Source of the DNA: Malacoraja senta
Taxonomy: Eukaryota
Length of the DNA: 64,000 nucleotides
Assembly: GCA_038087875.1 (NCBI GenBank)
Contig: CM075993.1
Span: 2,482,001-2,546,000 of the forward strand
Reading direction: 5' to 3'
The notes beneath the pieces are model-generated. The model was not told where the DNA came from. It made no database searches and saw only the letters and a list, made by a program, of their open reading frames with translations. Of this stretch, positions 40,273 through 54,909 are shown in pieces. The position numbers and the translations under genes are program-made. The stretch's first letter is position 1. Every line of letters begins with the position of its first letter.

Positions 40273-43200
40273 GGTTATGTGAGGAATTAACAGGTCGTGT
40301 ATTATATAATAACTCTCTTTTCTTCTGTATAACTGTGATTTTTTTTTTTAGATACCAGTTAATCTAGAGATATAGTTTTGTGTCATATTATTTTATAAAT
40401 TTTTCATACCTTGAGAATGGATAATTGATAAACTGATGAAGATAAGGGAAGAGAACCTCTTTTTCAATGTTGGAACTAATTGTGGATCGACGATAGGGGA
40501 CACTAAAATGATGCTTCTTTTGAAGGAGGTGATGTAGCTAATGACTCTTGTAGCTACATTAAAGGTCAGAAAGTAATTGTAACACCAACAACTGGAGCAA
40601 TAACACATCCAGCGACAGGAGATAGTCGGGTGAAGTTCGGTCCATCAGATCGACAGAAGGTGAAGAATAAGAAGACCTCTTGTTCTCAGACACTTGGAGC
40701 TGTCAGAATGTCCTGGAAACCCATCCTAACTAATAAGTTGAACGCGCGTCAGCTAGGATCAAGACAAGGGGGAACTGGGTTATATATAGCATACTTTGTA
40801 GGAAAGAACTGCAGATGCTGGTTTAAATCTAAGATAGACACAAAAAAGCTGGAGTAACTCAGCGGGACAGGCAGCATCTCTGGGCTGTCCCGCTGAGTTA
40901 CTCCAGCTTTTTGTGTCTATCTTGGGTTATAACATAGATGGGCTCTGCACGAAAGCAGCAGTCAAAACCAAGTAAAATCAAAACAATGTGTTTCTTAATT
41001 ATTTATCGTAGCCTGTGGATGTCACTGGCATTGACCGTATTTATTTATCCATCTCTGATTGTCACTGACGGAGGAGTTAAGAGTGAACGTCATCCGTGGG
41101 GCGAGCGGTCCCTCGAGCAGTTTTCCTTCCCTGAATTAATCAGGTGGACTTTTCAACTATCTTTATTACAGCTAACCTTAAATCCAGATTTATTCATTCG
41201 CTTGGTTTTAAATTCTCCCGTTACTATGGTTGGGATTCAAACTCACATTGCCCCGATCAATAATCCAGAACACTGGCTCCCAGCCCAGCAATCAACCAAT
41301 TATGCTATTGACCAACATCTAGAAGCGTGCTCCAAAGTGGTTATTTGTTTAACCCAAAATAAGATATTCTAATAAGTTGCGATCTATTTTCCTCTCTCAT
41401 GAACAATTTGGTTAATATAACACCTAAGTTGTTTGAAAGGTGCATCTTCACACTGAATTTGACACTTTGGAACATATCAAAATCTAAATTTCTTGGCCAA
41501 GTAGCAAGGGTTTAAGGATCTTCTTGAAAAAAATAAGAGGTGGTATCACGGTTCCATGTGCTAAGCTGTTGTTACTAACTTTGCTCAACAGTTGATTGAA
41601 CTTTATCTCCAGATTGGAAGGTTTTGAGTTGAGGATGGTCAGATGGAATTCTCCGCCACAGAGGGTAGTTGAGGCCAGTTCATTGGCTATATTTAAGAGG
41701 GAGTTAGATGTGGCTGAAGGGATCAGGGGGTATAGAGAGAAGGCAGGTACGGGATACTGAGTTGGATGATCAGCCATGATCATATTGAATGGCGGTGCAG
41801 GCTCGAAGGGCCGAATGGTCTACTCCTGCACCTATTTTCTATGTATCTATGTATCTATGATGGCTCTGTGGAGACCAGATAAAATGGGGAAGGGATGTCC
41901 ATCACGAAGAAGCTACAAGTGTTCCATCTTATTCCCGTACGTAGACAACACCATGTCATTCAAAAGATTCAGAAGCAAATTCTTACATTGGGGTTTTTCT
42001 TGAGGAGAATGACCTTTCGTGAAATTGTTCCACGAGGTATCTACTTTTGTGTAGATGCATGATACCAAAAACTGCCCAAATGATATCTCAATGTCTTACT
42101 AAGTAAGATTTTACATGTCAGGGTAGCTGTAGACTAAGCAGTTCTCTTGATGGCTCAAACATTTAATTCATGGCATATCTTGAAGTCACACTGTACAGTC
42201 CTTAACAATACAGGTTTCATGCACAGTTTTATTGCAAGTTTGCATGGGAAGGAACTGCAGATGCTGGTTTAAATCGAAGTTAAACACAAAAAGCTGGAGT
42301 AACTCAGCGGGACAGGCAGCGTCTCTGGAGAGAAGGAACGGGTGACGATTGGGGTTGAGACCCTTCTTCAGCTGCCTGTCCCGCTGAGTTACTCCAGCTT
42401 TTTGTGTTTATAGCGAGTTCTCTGGGTTCAGTCAAGGGCCCAATTTGGTCTCCATAAATATCTGCGATCTCTTTGGACCAACACAGAGGATACAAAAAAT
42501 AAGCTGGATTTGGTTCGGGCTAGCTACAAGATCCCTACTCAAACCGTTTGCCAGTTTTCGCTATGCAGCCTTGCACAGCAAGCAAGATCATTTGGGTTAG
42601 AATAATGGCTGCCTCAAATGGAGCCGTTAGTGTGTGCCTTTGAGAGAGAATACTGGAGGGCTCGATATTTTTTTAAAAAACGATTTAAATCTTGTTAATA
42701 TTCAAATAATATTTCATCCTTTATTTTACATAAATGACAAAGATGACAATAATAAACCAAGAGAAACAGATTTGAACCTTTTCAGTATTTAGAGTGGAGA
42801 ATATTTCTGACTGCAATCGCACAAAGCCAAGACTACCACAAGACTACCCGGTCACGTTAAATAAAGAAAGGTTAGGCTAGCAACACCTAAAATATTCTTA
42901 ACCAAGTGTAACGATAAAAGGGGACAGATGGTCAGATGGGTGGGATAGAAGCCGCGTTTTTTTTTCCATTGAAAATCCCAATTTCCAACCATGGATTTCC
43001 CAGTTTATTTTCCTTCTAAGATATAGGATTGTTGTTATAGACCCAACAGAAGAGACTTGGTGGGTGATTAGAGTTGTACACAGGCCAGAATGGATAAGAA
43101 GGGCAGGTCTCCTATCTCCCACCGATGAACCACTTGCATTTCATAGAGTCATACAGCGGAAAGTAGGCTCTTCGGCCCGAATCGCCTGTGCCGGCCAACA

Positions 43201-45444
43201 TGCCCCATCTACACTAGTCCCGCCTGCCTATGCTTGGCTATAACCCTCTAAACCAATCTTGTCCAAATGTCTCTTAAACAATATGATAGGCCTGGATAGT
43301 GTGGATGTGGAGAGGATGTTTCCACTAGTGGGAGAGTCTAGGACCAGAGGCCATTGCCTCAGAATAAAAGAATGTGCCTTTAGAAAGGAGACGAGGAGGA
43401 ATTTCTTTAGTCAGAGGGTGGTGAATCTGTGGAATTCATTGCCACAGTGGAGGCCAAGTCAATGTATATATTTTTTAAGGCGGAGATTGATAGATTGTTG
43501 ATTAGTAAGGGTGTCAGGGGTTATGGAGAGAAGGCAGGAGAATGGGGTTGAGAGAGGAAGATAGATCAGCCATGATTGAATGGCGGAGTAGAATCGATGG
43601 GCCAAATTCTGTTCCTGTAACTTATGAACTTATGATCCTATCTGTTGCTTTAACAATCTTTAACAATTTATTTAACAATCACCTGGATTAATAGGGTTGC
43701 CATATGCTATTTTTTTTTTTTTTTTACAGTACTGGGATCTGGAGACAGTTTCTGGTTCACTAGTCCTTCTGTGGGTCAACTAATAAGAGAGTTATCTCAT
43801 CTAGTAATAAGACCCAGCATTCTGAGAAAATTAACTCCAGTCCATAAATAAATAAAGTCTTTCAATCAAAACGTACTTGATGGCCAGCATGGATATACTG
43901 GGCCGAATGGTCTATTTCTGCACTGTTTGATCCCACGAATCATTGTTAATGAATAATAAATAGTTGCAGTCATTCAAATGTGGAGCAATTATTGGATAAG
44001 GCCAAAGCCATCACTAGACTCCACTGATCACAAGGCTTGAATGCCTGAAGAATTTCCATATTTCCTTACAACAGAGAAGGAGGCCATTCAACCCATCAGG
44101 TTGATACTGGCTCACATAACAACTCCCACCCTCACTTGTTTTTCATGTAGCCTGCACGCCTTGCGTTCCCAACTATTCTACCAACCTCTTCACCTGGGGT
44201 AATTAACCTACCAACCTGATGCTTTAGTGCTGGGAAGGGCAAAGGGGGAAGCCATGCATTCAAAGTCCACTCTGGCACCATTGGCTTGTACATTCTGCTG
44301 GAAACTTTTCATTGTCCATTCAATATATAAACACCTCCCTAAAAGGTTCATGGAAGGACCACTCCGAAGCCTGATAACAGAGGCAGCAGCAGTAGAGTTG
44401 CTGCCTTACATGGCCAGAGACCCGGGCTTGATCCTGACCACGGGTGCTGTCTGTGTGGAGTTTGCACGCTCTCCCCGTGACCGCGTGGGTTTCCTTCCAT
44501 ATTCCAAAGACGTGCAGGTTTGTTGGTTAATTGGCTTCTGTAAATTGTCCCTGGTGACGAGGATAGTGTACGGGGTGATCGCTGGTCGGCGCGGACCCGG
44601 TGAGCCATGTTTCCACGCTGTATCACAAAAAAACGAAACTAAGTAGAGACAAGATGACAAAGGTTGTTCATCTTTCGTTGAAATACAAATAAGGAAGGAA
44701 TTTATCTTCATTCGATACTATGCACCAAAGAGCTTGTAAAAGTGTTACAAATATGTGTTCTTTTAATATTAAATCTAAAGATCATAGCCAGTGACTGACA
44801 GGTAAAAAACAAGTCTAAAGCATGTCCAGAATGGACTCAATAATCTTCAGACATTATTACCATCAAATTTCAAAGGGTTTTCTCACAATGGCGTGGAATT
44901 ATAGTTTTAGAATGAGGATGTTATCTATAAAGAGTGTCAAGAAATGTTTGATAAAGAGGTATGTTGGTCACATGTACACAAGCTTTGAATATAATATAGA
45001 TTAGATAACACCAGTGTGTGTGATTGAGTTTGTATACTGGATGATATTTGAAATGATGAAAATATTTGGAAGAATCGATGATTTCTTTTTTTTTTTGGTG
45101 TTGCATTATTTTTAAGGGATTCTTATAACGGAGGACTTATTATTACACGTTACTACTCTGGGGTTAGACACAAAAAGCTGGAGTAACTCAGCCGGTCAGA
45201 CAGCATCTCCGGAGAGAAGGACGCTTAGGATCGAGACCCTTCTTCAGACAAAGAGTCAGGGAGTTATTCAGGCAACTTTGCGTTTGGGCCAACTTTTAAT
45301 GGACTACGAAGGAAGGAATGAGACACCACATATAATATATATATACCCACTGGAAATTTTATTTAAGCTGGTATCAAGCAACCCTTCACTTGATTCACAG
45401 TTACTGGGATTATTGCATGGAACACCCTCACTTTGACAGTCAGT

Positions 45445-46045
45445 AGAAACATAGGTGCAGGATTAGGCCATTCAGCCCTTCGAGCCAGCACCGCCATTCA
45501 ATATGATCATGGCTGATCATCCCAAATCAGTACCCCATTCCTGCCTTCTCCCCATATCCTTTAATTCCATTAGCCCCAAGAGCTAAATCTAACTCTCTCT
45601 TGAAAACATCCAGTGAAGTGGCCTCCACTGCCTTCTGTGGCAGAGAATTCCACAGATTCACAACTCTATGGGTGAAGAAGTTTTTTGTCATCTCAGTCCT
45701 AATTGGCCTACCCCTTATTCTATAACTGTGACCCCTGGTTCTGGACTCCCCCAACATCGGGAACATTTTTCCTGCATCTAGCCTGTCCAATCCTTGAAGA
45801 ATTTTATATGTTTCTTTAAGATCCCCTTTCATCCTAAATTCCAGTGAATATAATCCCATTCTTTTATCATATGTCAGTCCCGCTATCCGTGAATTAACGG
45901 GAACCTACGCTGCACTCGCTCAATAGCAATAATGTCCTTCCTCAAATTAGGAGACCAAAATTGCACACAATACTCCAGGTGCAGTCTCACCAGGGCCCTG
46001 TACAACTGCAATAGGACCTCCTTGATCCTAAACTCAAATCCTCTA
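45445..46045 (-). mobile_element. CR1-type LINE 3' fragment
   Basis: GLYSLEFRMKGDLKETYKILQGLDRLDAGKMFPMLGESRTRGH...WNSLPQKAVEA. Confidence 0.85.
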
Positions 46046-46633
46046 TGTTAAGCAATATAGACTCAAGTCCACTATACCACCATGGTGATTGCCTTAGGTA
46101 CGATCTACTGCAGTTATATGCATAGATTCCACCCAGACTCACAACTATCCATGAGGACAGTGTATGTCCACGGCAACACCACCGCCTACAGATTCCCCTC
46201 CAAGTCACGTATCAACCTGACTTATACATGTATGATAGATTTCTTTACCATCTATGAGTCTAAACACTGGAACTCCTCACACAAAGGGCACGGTGGGAGG
46301 ACAGTCAACGGAAGCAACACAGTGGTTCAATAAAGTGACACAAAAATCATTTTCTCGGGTAATAAAATCTGGCCATGCCATGAGCACCTTGAAAAAAGAA
46401 TAAATTAAAATAAACCTTTGGAAGACAACACATCCGATAGAATATGTTCCGGTGGCTTGGAGCTGTGGAAGGATTGAACTCGGGTCCCGGGCGCTGTGAG
46501 GCAGCAACTCTACCGCTGCGCCACTGTGCCGCCCTGAATCTTCGAACAAATGGCGCCCTAACCAGGCGACTATTAGCGCGCTGGCCACAGAAGCAGATCG
46601 ACAATTACATATTACAATCGCTCCGCACTCTTA

Positions 46634-46882
46634 AGGGCCTGTCCCACTTGAGCGTCATTTGCGCGTCATGCAGATGGCGCGCAAAGATTTTGTACATACC
46701 AAAATCCTAGGGATCCGCGTGCAACCGCGCGTCACTGCCTACGTCACCACGCACCATGCGCACGTAATGCTCACCATGCACGCATCACGTGCGCGGCACA
46801 ACACGTAAATGATGACGTGTAAATTACGCGCAAATGACGCCCAAGTTTAAAGGGCCTGTCCCACTTGGGTGTTATTTGCGTG
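46634..46882. mobile_element. Harbinger-like MITE (family 1) with truncated right end followed by a second left TIR
   Basis: AGGGCCTGTCCCACTTG at 46634 and again at 46852, in direct orientation. Confidence 0.6.
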
Positions 46883-48251
46883 TAATCTCCACTCCTGCAG
46901 CAACACATCTCACTTTAACTACGATCTCCCTAAACACCTCTCACTAGACGCTATTCCCTTATCATTTATCTATACGCTGTTAATGGCTCGATTGTAATCA
47001 TGCATTGTCTTTCCGCTGACTGGTCAGCATGCCACAAAAGCTTATCACTGTACCTCAGAACACGTGGCAATAAACTAAACTGAACTGAAACTGGAACCCT
47101 TCATGACAATTTCTTGGGCTAATAATTCCAGGTGTCGGTTGGCAAAAAATATTAGGTATGCTCATTTCCCGGGTGAAAATAAGAAATAGTATCCATTGAA
47201 TTATACCCTGGAAAGAATATGAAAATAAAAGTGGAAAAGACCTCTCAAAGGTGCATTGAATTATTCAAAGGAAAGGAACTGAAAGATCTCTCTACTTCAA
47301 ACTATTGGCATCATTACTCATCATTAAGGTTTGCAAACGTTGATTGCTAGACTCTATTTGACCCTTTGCTAACCTGCAATTACTACATATTGTTTTATAA
47401 TTGCAGACACTAAAGAGTTCAATAGAAAAACAATTTTCCAAACTATTCTGAAGGGTTTAATAGCGAGACAAGTATATGTGTGTGCAGTGCAGAGCAAATG
47501 CAAATAATCCCTTCACATAAACGATGCCTTCATTGTTCGTCCTGTGTTGGCGTTCCGTAAGTAATGCCATTGAGGAGTCCATTGTCGACAACCTCTGTCC
47601 TCCACATGAGGTATCTCCTCTACGTCAAGGGGTAAAGTCTCTTCAGAACATCGTTGAGGTGGCACGGTGGTGCAGCGGTAGAGTTGCTGCCTTGCAGCGC
47701 TGAAGACTCGGGTTCAATCCTGACTACGGGCGCTGTCTGTACGGAGTTTGTACGTTCTCCCTGTGACCGCGTGGGTTTCCTCCGGGTGCTCTGGTTTCCT
47801 CCAACACTCCAAAGACGCGCAGGTTTGTAGGTCAATTGGCTTCGGTAAAAATTGTGTGTAGGATAGTGCTGGCGAACCGGATAATTGCTGGTTGGTTCAG
47901 ACTCTTCTGGCTGAAGGGTGAATCTTTAAAGTCTAAAGTAGAGTAAACATTCACAGGCGTAATGGCCAAGAACTCATAAATATTTAAAACAAGAACAAAT
48001 TAGGTTTGTGATTTGCATTAAAAACTCATTGTCCACTGAGTACTCACTGTTATCTCCCGTCAGACCCATTATGATAATTTTTGGGGCTATTAATTCTATT
48101 TCTCGCTTGACGAAAAATCTTAAGTCTGCTCAGAGAAGGTGTGTCGGTGTCTCTTTTGATTCAGGTCAATCGGAAACTATTCCATCTGTTCCAGATACTC
48201 GTGTCAGTCAATGGTGATTTTGGACAGTGACTAGGAAGCAGAAAAGTCATC

Positions 48252-48548
48252 TTAGTTTAGTTTAGAGAGACAGGTCCTTTGGCCCACCGAGTCCGCACCG
48301 ACCAGCGATCCCCGCACCCTAAACACTATCCTACACACACACTAGGGACAATTTACACTTAAACCAAGCCAATTAACCTACAAACCTGCACGTCTTTGGA
48401 GTGTGGGAGGAAACCGAAGATCTCGGAGAAAACCCGCGCAGGTCACGGGGAGAACATACAAACTCCGTACAGACAGCGCCCGTAGTCGGGATCGAACCTG
48501 GGCCTCCGGAGCTGCAAGGCAACAACTCTACCTCTGCGCCACCGTGCC
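48252..48548 (-). mobile_element. tRNA-derived V-SINE
   Basis: Reverse-complement copy of the same SINE. Confidence 0.8.
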
Positions 48549-49706
48549 TTCTGCATCTATGTTCCAATTGTATTTCTGCAGAACTCCAAGGTTACCTTGA
48601 AGATAGACACAAAAAGCTGGAGTAACTCAGCGGGACAGGCAGCGTCTCTGGAGAGAAGGAATGGGTGACGTTTCAGGTCGAGACCCTTCTTCAGACTTGC
48701 CTGACTTGAGATGATCACTCAGCCCAATTCATCCCTAAAGATCTAGAATCATGGAACACGCTGAACTATCACCAAGAAACATCGACCATTCCAACACTCA
48801 TTCCCATTTGTGGTTATTTTCTCACATTTCCATCAATTTCATTCACACACTAGCGACAATCACAAGGTCATAAGGAATATGAGCAGAATTAGGCCATTCG
48901 GCTCATCAAGTCTACTCCGCCATTCAATCAGGGCTGATCTATCTCTCCCTCCTAACCCCATTCTCCTGCCTTCCACCCACAACCTCTGACACCCGCACTA
49001 ATCAAGAATCTATCAATCTATCTCTGCCTTATAAATATCTACTTACTTGGCCTCCACATGCTTCTGTGGCAAAGAATTCCACAGATTCACCACCCTCTGA
49101 CTAAATCCTCTTATTAATCTATAACCAGTAAGTCTTTGGGATGTGGGAGGAAACTGGAGCACCCGGATGAAACCCATGGGGTCGCAGGGAGAACGTGCAA
49201 ACTCCACATAGACAGTACTGAGGGTCAGAAATGAACCTTGGTCACTGTGAATGCGGGATGCAGATATCCAATTACATCCCATAACCCTGGCTGCTTCCCG
49301 CTCATTTCAAACATTTAGTCAAAGTCCGTGAGGGATATTTAATAATAATTTGCTTCTGGGGCAGGTATGGAATTACATCCGAAATTTCCCTGCAATAATT
49401 TTCAGACCATTTCACCGTAGGTGGCGCAGCGGTAGGGTTGCTGCCTTACAGCGCTTACAGCACCGGAGACCCGGGTTCGATCCCGACTACGGGTGCTGTC
49501 TGTACGGAGTTTGTACCTTCTCCCCGTGACCTGCGTGGGTTTTCTCCGAGATCTTCGGTTTCCTCCCGCGCTCCAAAGTCGCACAGGTGTGCAGGTCATT
49601 TGATTACTTGATTAGTGCGGGTGTCAGAGGTTATGGGGAGAAGGCAGGAGAATGGGGTTAGGAGGGAGAGATAGATCAGCCATGATCAAATGGTGGAGTA
49701 GATCTG

Positions 49707-49921
49707 CGGGTGCAGCAGCATCTATGGAGTGAAGGAAATAGGCAACGTTTCGGGCCGAAACCCTTCCGGGTTTCGTCCCGAAACGTTGCCTATTTCCTTC
49801 AAGGTTTCGGCCCGAAACGTTGCCTATTTCCTTCGCTCCATAGATGCTGCTGCACCCGCTGAGTTTCTCCAGCACTTTTGTCTACCTTCGATTTTCCAGC
49901 ATCTGCTGTTCCTTCTTAAAC
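49707..49921. mobile_element. Palindromic Penelope-derived short element
   Basis: TSD ATGGTGGAGT(A/C)GATCTG at 49690-49706 and 49922-49938. Confidence 0.7.
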
Positions 49922-50490
49922 ATGGTGGAGTCGATCTGATGGGCCGAATGGCTCAATTCTGCTATGATTACATAATCCTCTCTCCTCCATCGCCTAACTA
50001 CATAGAACTGCTCCATGGGGGTTGTAGAAAATGCTGCTGTTTCTCTCTTCATTCCCATTGTTCCCAATGACTGATCCTTCCCTTCTGTTTCTGCCTCTTA
50101 GAAGTATTCAACTTGATGGGCTGAATGGCCTAATTCTACGCCTAGTCCTTAAGACCTTATGACATCCTCCCTGAAAGGAACTGGTGAATGAAACAGGTTT
50201 TATACAACAATACACTATTTTATGGTCACCAGTTAAATCCCTTAACCTCCTTGGTAGGAACCAAATGCATGTGCTTGAATCACAAATCAGAGGTCTATTT
50301 GGCCATCCAGTAATGTATCTACTGTTATCTGTATTGAAGCTGCTGGTATGAGCTTTGCAGATGAATTTTGCCACATTTAAAAAGAAAAACGTCTCATTCC
50401 TGATACAAGAAACTGCAGATGCTGGAATCTTGAACAGAAACACAAAGTGCTTGAGGAACATACAGGTTTGTAGGTAAATTGGCTTGGTAA

Positions 50491-50809
50491 AAGCCCTGTC
50501 CCACGGTACGAGTTCATTCCAAGAGCTCTCCCGAGTTTTAAAAAATCAAACTCGTGGTAAGCACGGAGAATGAACGTAGCGGGTACGTCGGAGCTCGGGG
50601 ACGTCTCTTAGCGCTAACGGCAGGTACTCGGGAAGACTCGCTAATGGCAGGTAAGCTCGGGAAGACTCGGGAAGATTTTTCAACGTGTTGAAAAATTGTC
50701 CACATGAGCCCGAGTACCGACGAGCGGCCATTACCGTGAATCTCCGAGTTCGAATCAGGGCAAACTCGGGAGAACTCTTGGAATGAACTCGTACCGTGGG
50801 ACAGGGGTT
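50491..50809. mobile_element. Harbinger-like MITE (family 3) inserted in a SINE
   Basis: TIRs CCCTGTCCCACGGTACGAGTTCATTCCAAGAG and its inverse. TAA TSD at 50488-90 and 50810-12. Confidence 0.8.
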
Positions 50810-51555
50810 TAAATGTAAAAATTGTCCCTAGTTTGTGTGGGGTAGTGTTAATCTACGGAGTTGTTGGTCGGCGCGGACTCTGTGGGCCGAAGGGCCTGTT
50901 TCCGCGCTGTATCTCTAAACGGAACTAAGCTCAAAATCTACTGTCTCCCTATGCAATTAAACATTACACAGTGAGGTTAATTTTACATATAATGCCGTGT
51001 GTGATGGCATTTCATCATTCACTGTCCTGGCCTGGCCAACCGAAGCTGTGATGTCCTCCGGTGTTGTAGACCGGAGGCCGTGTCCAGTCCACTTGCTCGG
51101 TCCAGCTGGGCCCCAGGATGTTGCAGGGTCACCAGCGGCCCACTGCCCCGTCGAGGCCGCGCACTCCGCCCCGCCGTTTCTAATTCCGTGAGTTACATTT
51201 GCTGCTCATATGGTGGTATTTTTATGTTGGAGAAACCGAATGTAGATTGGGAGACAGCTTTGCAAAACTCATCAGTTCCATCTTCAGGAATAATCCTACG
51301 TTTCCATTTGCCTAACACTTGAATTCAAGCGAGAGTTAGATTTATCTCTTGGGCTAACATAATCAAGGGATATGGGGAGAAAGCAGGATGATTCTGATTC
51401 TGGATGATCAGCCATGATCGTATTGAATGGCGGTGCTGGCTCGAAGGGCCGAATGGCCTACTCCTGCACCTATTTTCTATGTTTCTATGAATTCTTCATG
51501 TTGGTGAGCCAGACTGTTCCAAGGAAGCTAGAGGTTCAGCTCCGTATCATTTGAC

Positions 51556-51860
51556 TTCAAGATTCAAGAGAGTTTATTGTCATGTGTCCCAGATAGGACA
51601 ATGAAATTCTTGCTTTGCTTCAGCACAACAGGATATAGACGGCATGAATACAGAACAGATTAGTGTGTCCATATACCATTGTATAAATATATACACACAT
51701 GAATAAATAAACTGATAAAGTGCAAATAAACAGATAATGGGCTATTAATGTTCAGAGTTTTGTTTGAGTTGAGTTCAATAGGCTGATGGCTGTGGGGAAG
51801 TAGCTATTCCTGAACCTGGACGTTGCAGTCTTCAGGCTCCTGTACCTTCTACCTGAAGTT
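51556..51860 (-). mobile_element. Rex1/Babar LINE 3' fragment (second family)
   Basis: Minus strand reads GRRYRSLKTATSRFRNSYFPTAISLLN with (TCTTGAA)n tail. Confidence 0.7.
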
Positions 51861-54800
51861 AGTGAGAACTTGGAGCATCTGCTGCCTTGAGGAATCAGCA
51901 TTGAACCAGGTTGCGATCAGGTTCTGTTTCAGAGAACTGTTCATAACCCGAACAGTTCGCAAGCGAAAAAGTGGCAGCCCAGACATGTATTAAATATAAA
52001 ACATAAACCAACCAAGATCGTCATGGCTTGAGGACCTATAATCAGAGCCATAAATCAACCACGATTGAATGGCAGAGTAGACTTAATGGCCTAATGACTT
52101 AATTCTGCTCCTATTAAGCAGAGAAACTGGTACCAAGTTCATGCTGGCCATAATCCACCATTTGTATTGATCCAGTTTTATTCCTTTCACACATTCTCAT
52201 CACCTACTACACTCCCTGACGCACCAGGGGCTATTTACAGTAGCCAATTAACCTACCAACCAGTATGACTTTGGGACATGGGATGAAATCGGAGTCACAG
52301 GGAGAATGTATAAACTCCATGCACAGGTTTCCAGGTCAAAATTGAACCGGTTCTCTGGAGCTGTGAGGCCATAATTCTTCTTGCTCCACTGTGGCCGGCC
52401 AAACCTAATTAGCGTTTCCAGTTTCCTATCTCTCATTTCCAGCATTAATTTCCGGCATCTCCGACTTCCGGCATCTTCCGGCATCACCCCGCCATATTCC
52501 AACCACTGTCTCTCTCTCTCAGCTGCACTAGGGCCAGGTCTATCCAGCCAGAGGGTGGTGAATCTGTGGGATTCATTGCCACCGACAACTGTGGAGGCCA
52601 AGTCATTGGGTGTTTTTTAAAGCGGAGTTTGATGGATTCTTGATGAGGAAGAGCGTCAGAGGTTACTGGGAGAAGGCAGGAGAATGGGGTGAGAGGGGAA
52701 AATAGATCAGCCATGATCGAATGGCGGAGCAGACTCAAAAAGGAAGCAGAGCCTAATTTTGCTCCAATGTCTTATGTTTTTTTGTGTTTTTGTGTTTTTG
52801 TGCTTGTGTGTCTTGCGTTTTTTTTTTGCTGCCTAGTTCTCTTATTTTCTCAGCTTAAAACTTCTTGTTTTTCAGTTCTGCTTTAACTGCCAACGTCATA
52901 AGTTCATAAGGAATACTCATACTCACATCTACTTTATTAGCCAAGTATGTTTTGCAACATACGAGGAATTTGATTTGGCATACAGTCATAGGAGTAGAAT
53001 GAGGCCATTCGGCCCATCAAGTCAACTCCGCCATTCAATCGTGGCTGATCTATCTCTCCCTCCTAACCCCATTCTCCTGCCTTCTCCCCATAACCTCTGA
53101 CGTCCTGAAACATCACCAAAAACATGAGAGGTTCTCTCTGCCCAGATGCTGCCTGACCTGACTATTCCACCATTTATTCTCGAAATGATCAATGGATTCT
53201 CTTGTGGAATCGGGGGGACATGGGGATTCATAAAGAAAATCGATTTGAAGTATTGGATCAGCAAATATCCTACTAAATCTTAACAATCGCTCAATGGATT
53301 ATACAGCCCCTTCTACTATTCCAAAGGTTCTACTAATGGTGTCTAACCTTAAACAGAACCCAATTTCTCTGGTTAGAACAGTTCTTCATAAAAGCGTTAA
53401 CACAAAGTTAAGGTCATAAGGAATAGAGGTAGAATTAGGCCATTCGGCCCATCAGGTCTACTCCGCCATTCAATCATGGCTGATCTATCTCTCCCTCCTA
53501 ACCCCATTCTCCTGCCGTCTCCCCATCACCTCTGACACCCGTACCAATCAAGAATCTATCAATCTCTGCCTTAAAAATATCCACTGACTTGTCCTCCACA
53601 GCCTTCTGTGGCAAAGAATTCCACAGATTCACCACCCTCTGACTAAAGAAATTCCTCCTCATCTCCTTCCTAAAAGAACGTCCTTTTAAGTCTTTCCCCA
53701 CAACACCACGACACTCCAGAACTCCACCATCAAATCCCATTTTGGTAAAGTTTCAAGCTAAATATTTAAAAGTGAGATACATCTTTGTTAGGCTGTGGTT
53801 TTAATGGTTCCTGATACACAAGAGGTAGACAATGATCAGTCATTGGGAGGAATTTCTTTAGTCAGAGGGTGGTGAATCTGTGGAATTCATTGCCATATAA
53901 GGCCATGGAGGCCAAGTCACTGGGTATTTTTAAAGCGGAGCTTGATAGGTTCTTGATTAGTAAAGATGTCAAAGATTATGAGGAGAAGGTTAGTTAGTTT
54001 TTAGTTCACTTCTATCCTGATCTATTGAGTGAAAGGTAGAGATTTTATTGTATGTTAATGCTCTCTGGACCAAGTTAAAATATTTATTTTGGCGTTAATA
54101 ATATCTTAACCACTAATAGCATTTTACACAATCTCTCATTAGTTGGTTTCTTAGTGAAGACAATTTCCAGAGGATGGAATATCATCTGATTTCTTGCCTT
54201 ATCAGTTCAGTTTATTTTATTGTCACGTGTACCGAGGTACAGTGAAAAACGTTAGTCAGCAGAAAGACAATACATGATTACAATCGAGCCATTTACAATG
54301 TACAGATACATGATAAGGGAATAACGTTTAGTGCAAGGTAAAGCCAGCAAAGTCCGATCAAGGATAGTCCGAGGGTCACCAATGAGGTGGATAGTAGTTC
54401 AGCACTGCTGTCTGGTTGTGCTAGGATGGTTCAGAAGGTAGGGGAATGGGGTTGAGAGGGAAAATTATATCGGCCATGATCGAACGGCCGAGCAGGCTCG
54501 ATGGACTGAATGTCCTGTTTACGATCTTATTGCATAGCAGTTGGATTGGTATTAGATTCTGATCCCATGGATAAGCTTTGATGATAGATTTTGATACTTT
54601 TAGTATATTTGAATACTCTTTGAAAATACTGAAAGAATCAATGTCTATTGATCTTTGTCAACCCCTCATCTCTCTGGAACCCCCTAACCACTGCCTCACA
54701 AAGACTTTTCCCACTTCCAAATAGTCATTTGAGGACATCATCCAAATCGATTTTGTTGTTGTTGCTGTTGTTGCTACGTGTTTTATTTACACAATGGTCC

Positions 54801-54881
54801 ACGTCCAGATAACTATTCTCCTTCTGTTCCTCATGAAACTTTTCTCTCCCCTTTTGTCTGCACGAATGCCCTTGGACCAGT

Positions 54882-54909
54882 CTGAAGAAGGGTCTCGACC
54901 CGAAACGTC
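54882..54909 (+). ncRNA. Minimal hammerhead ribozyme motif (PLE type)
   Basis: Exact CTGAAGAAGGGTCTCGACCCGAAACGTC. Confidence 0.6.

Noticed and set aside
40273..43860. Poly(A) site of the HCN gene
   Set aside because: Several AATAAA candidates (for example about 42751, 42860 and 43846) that cannot be distinguished without transcript data.
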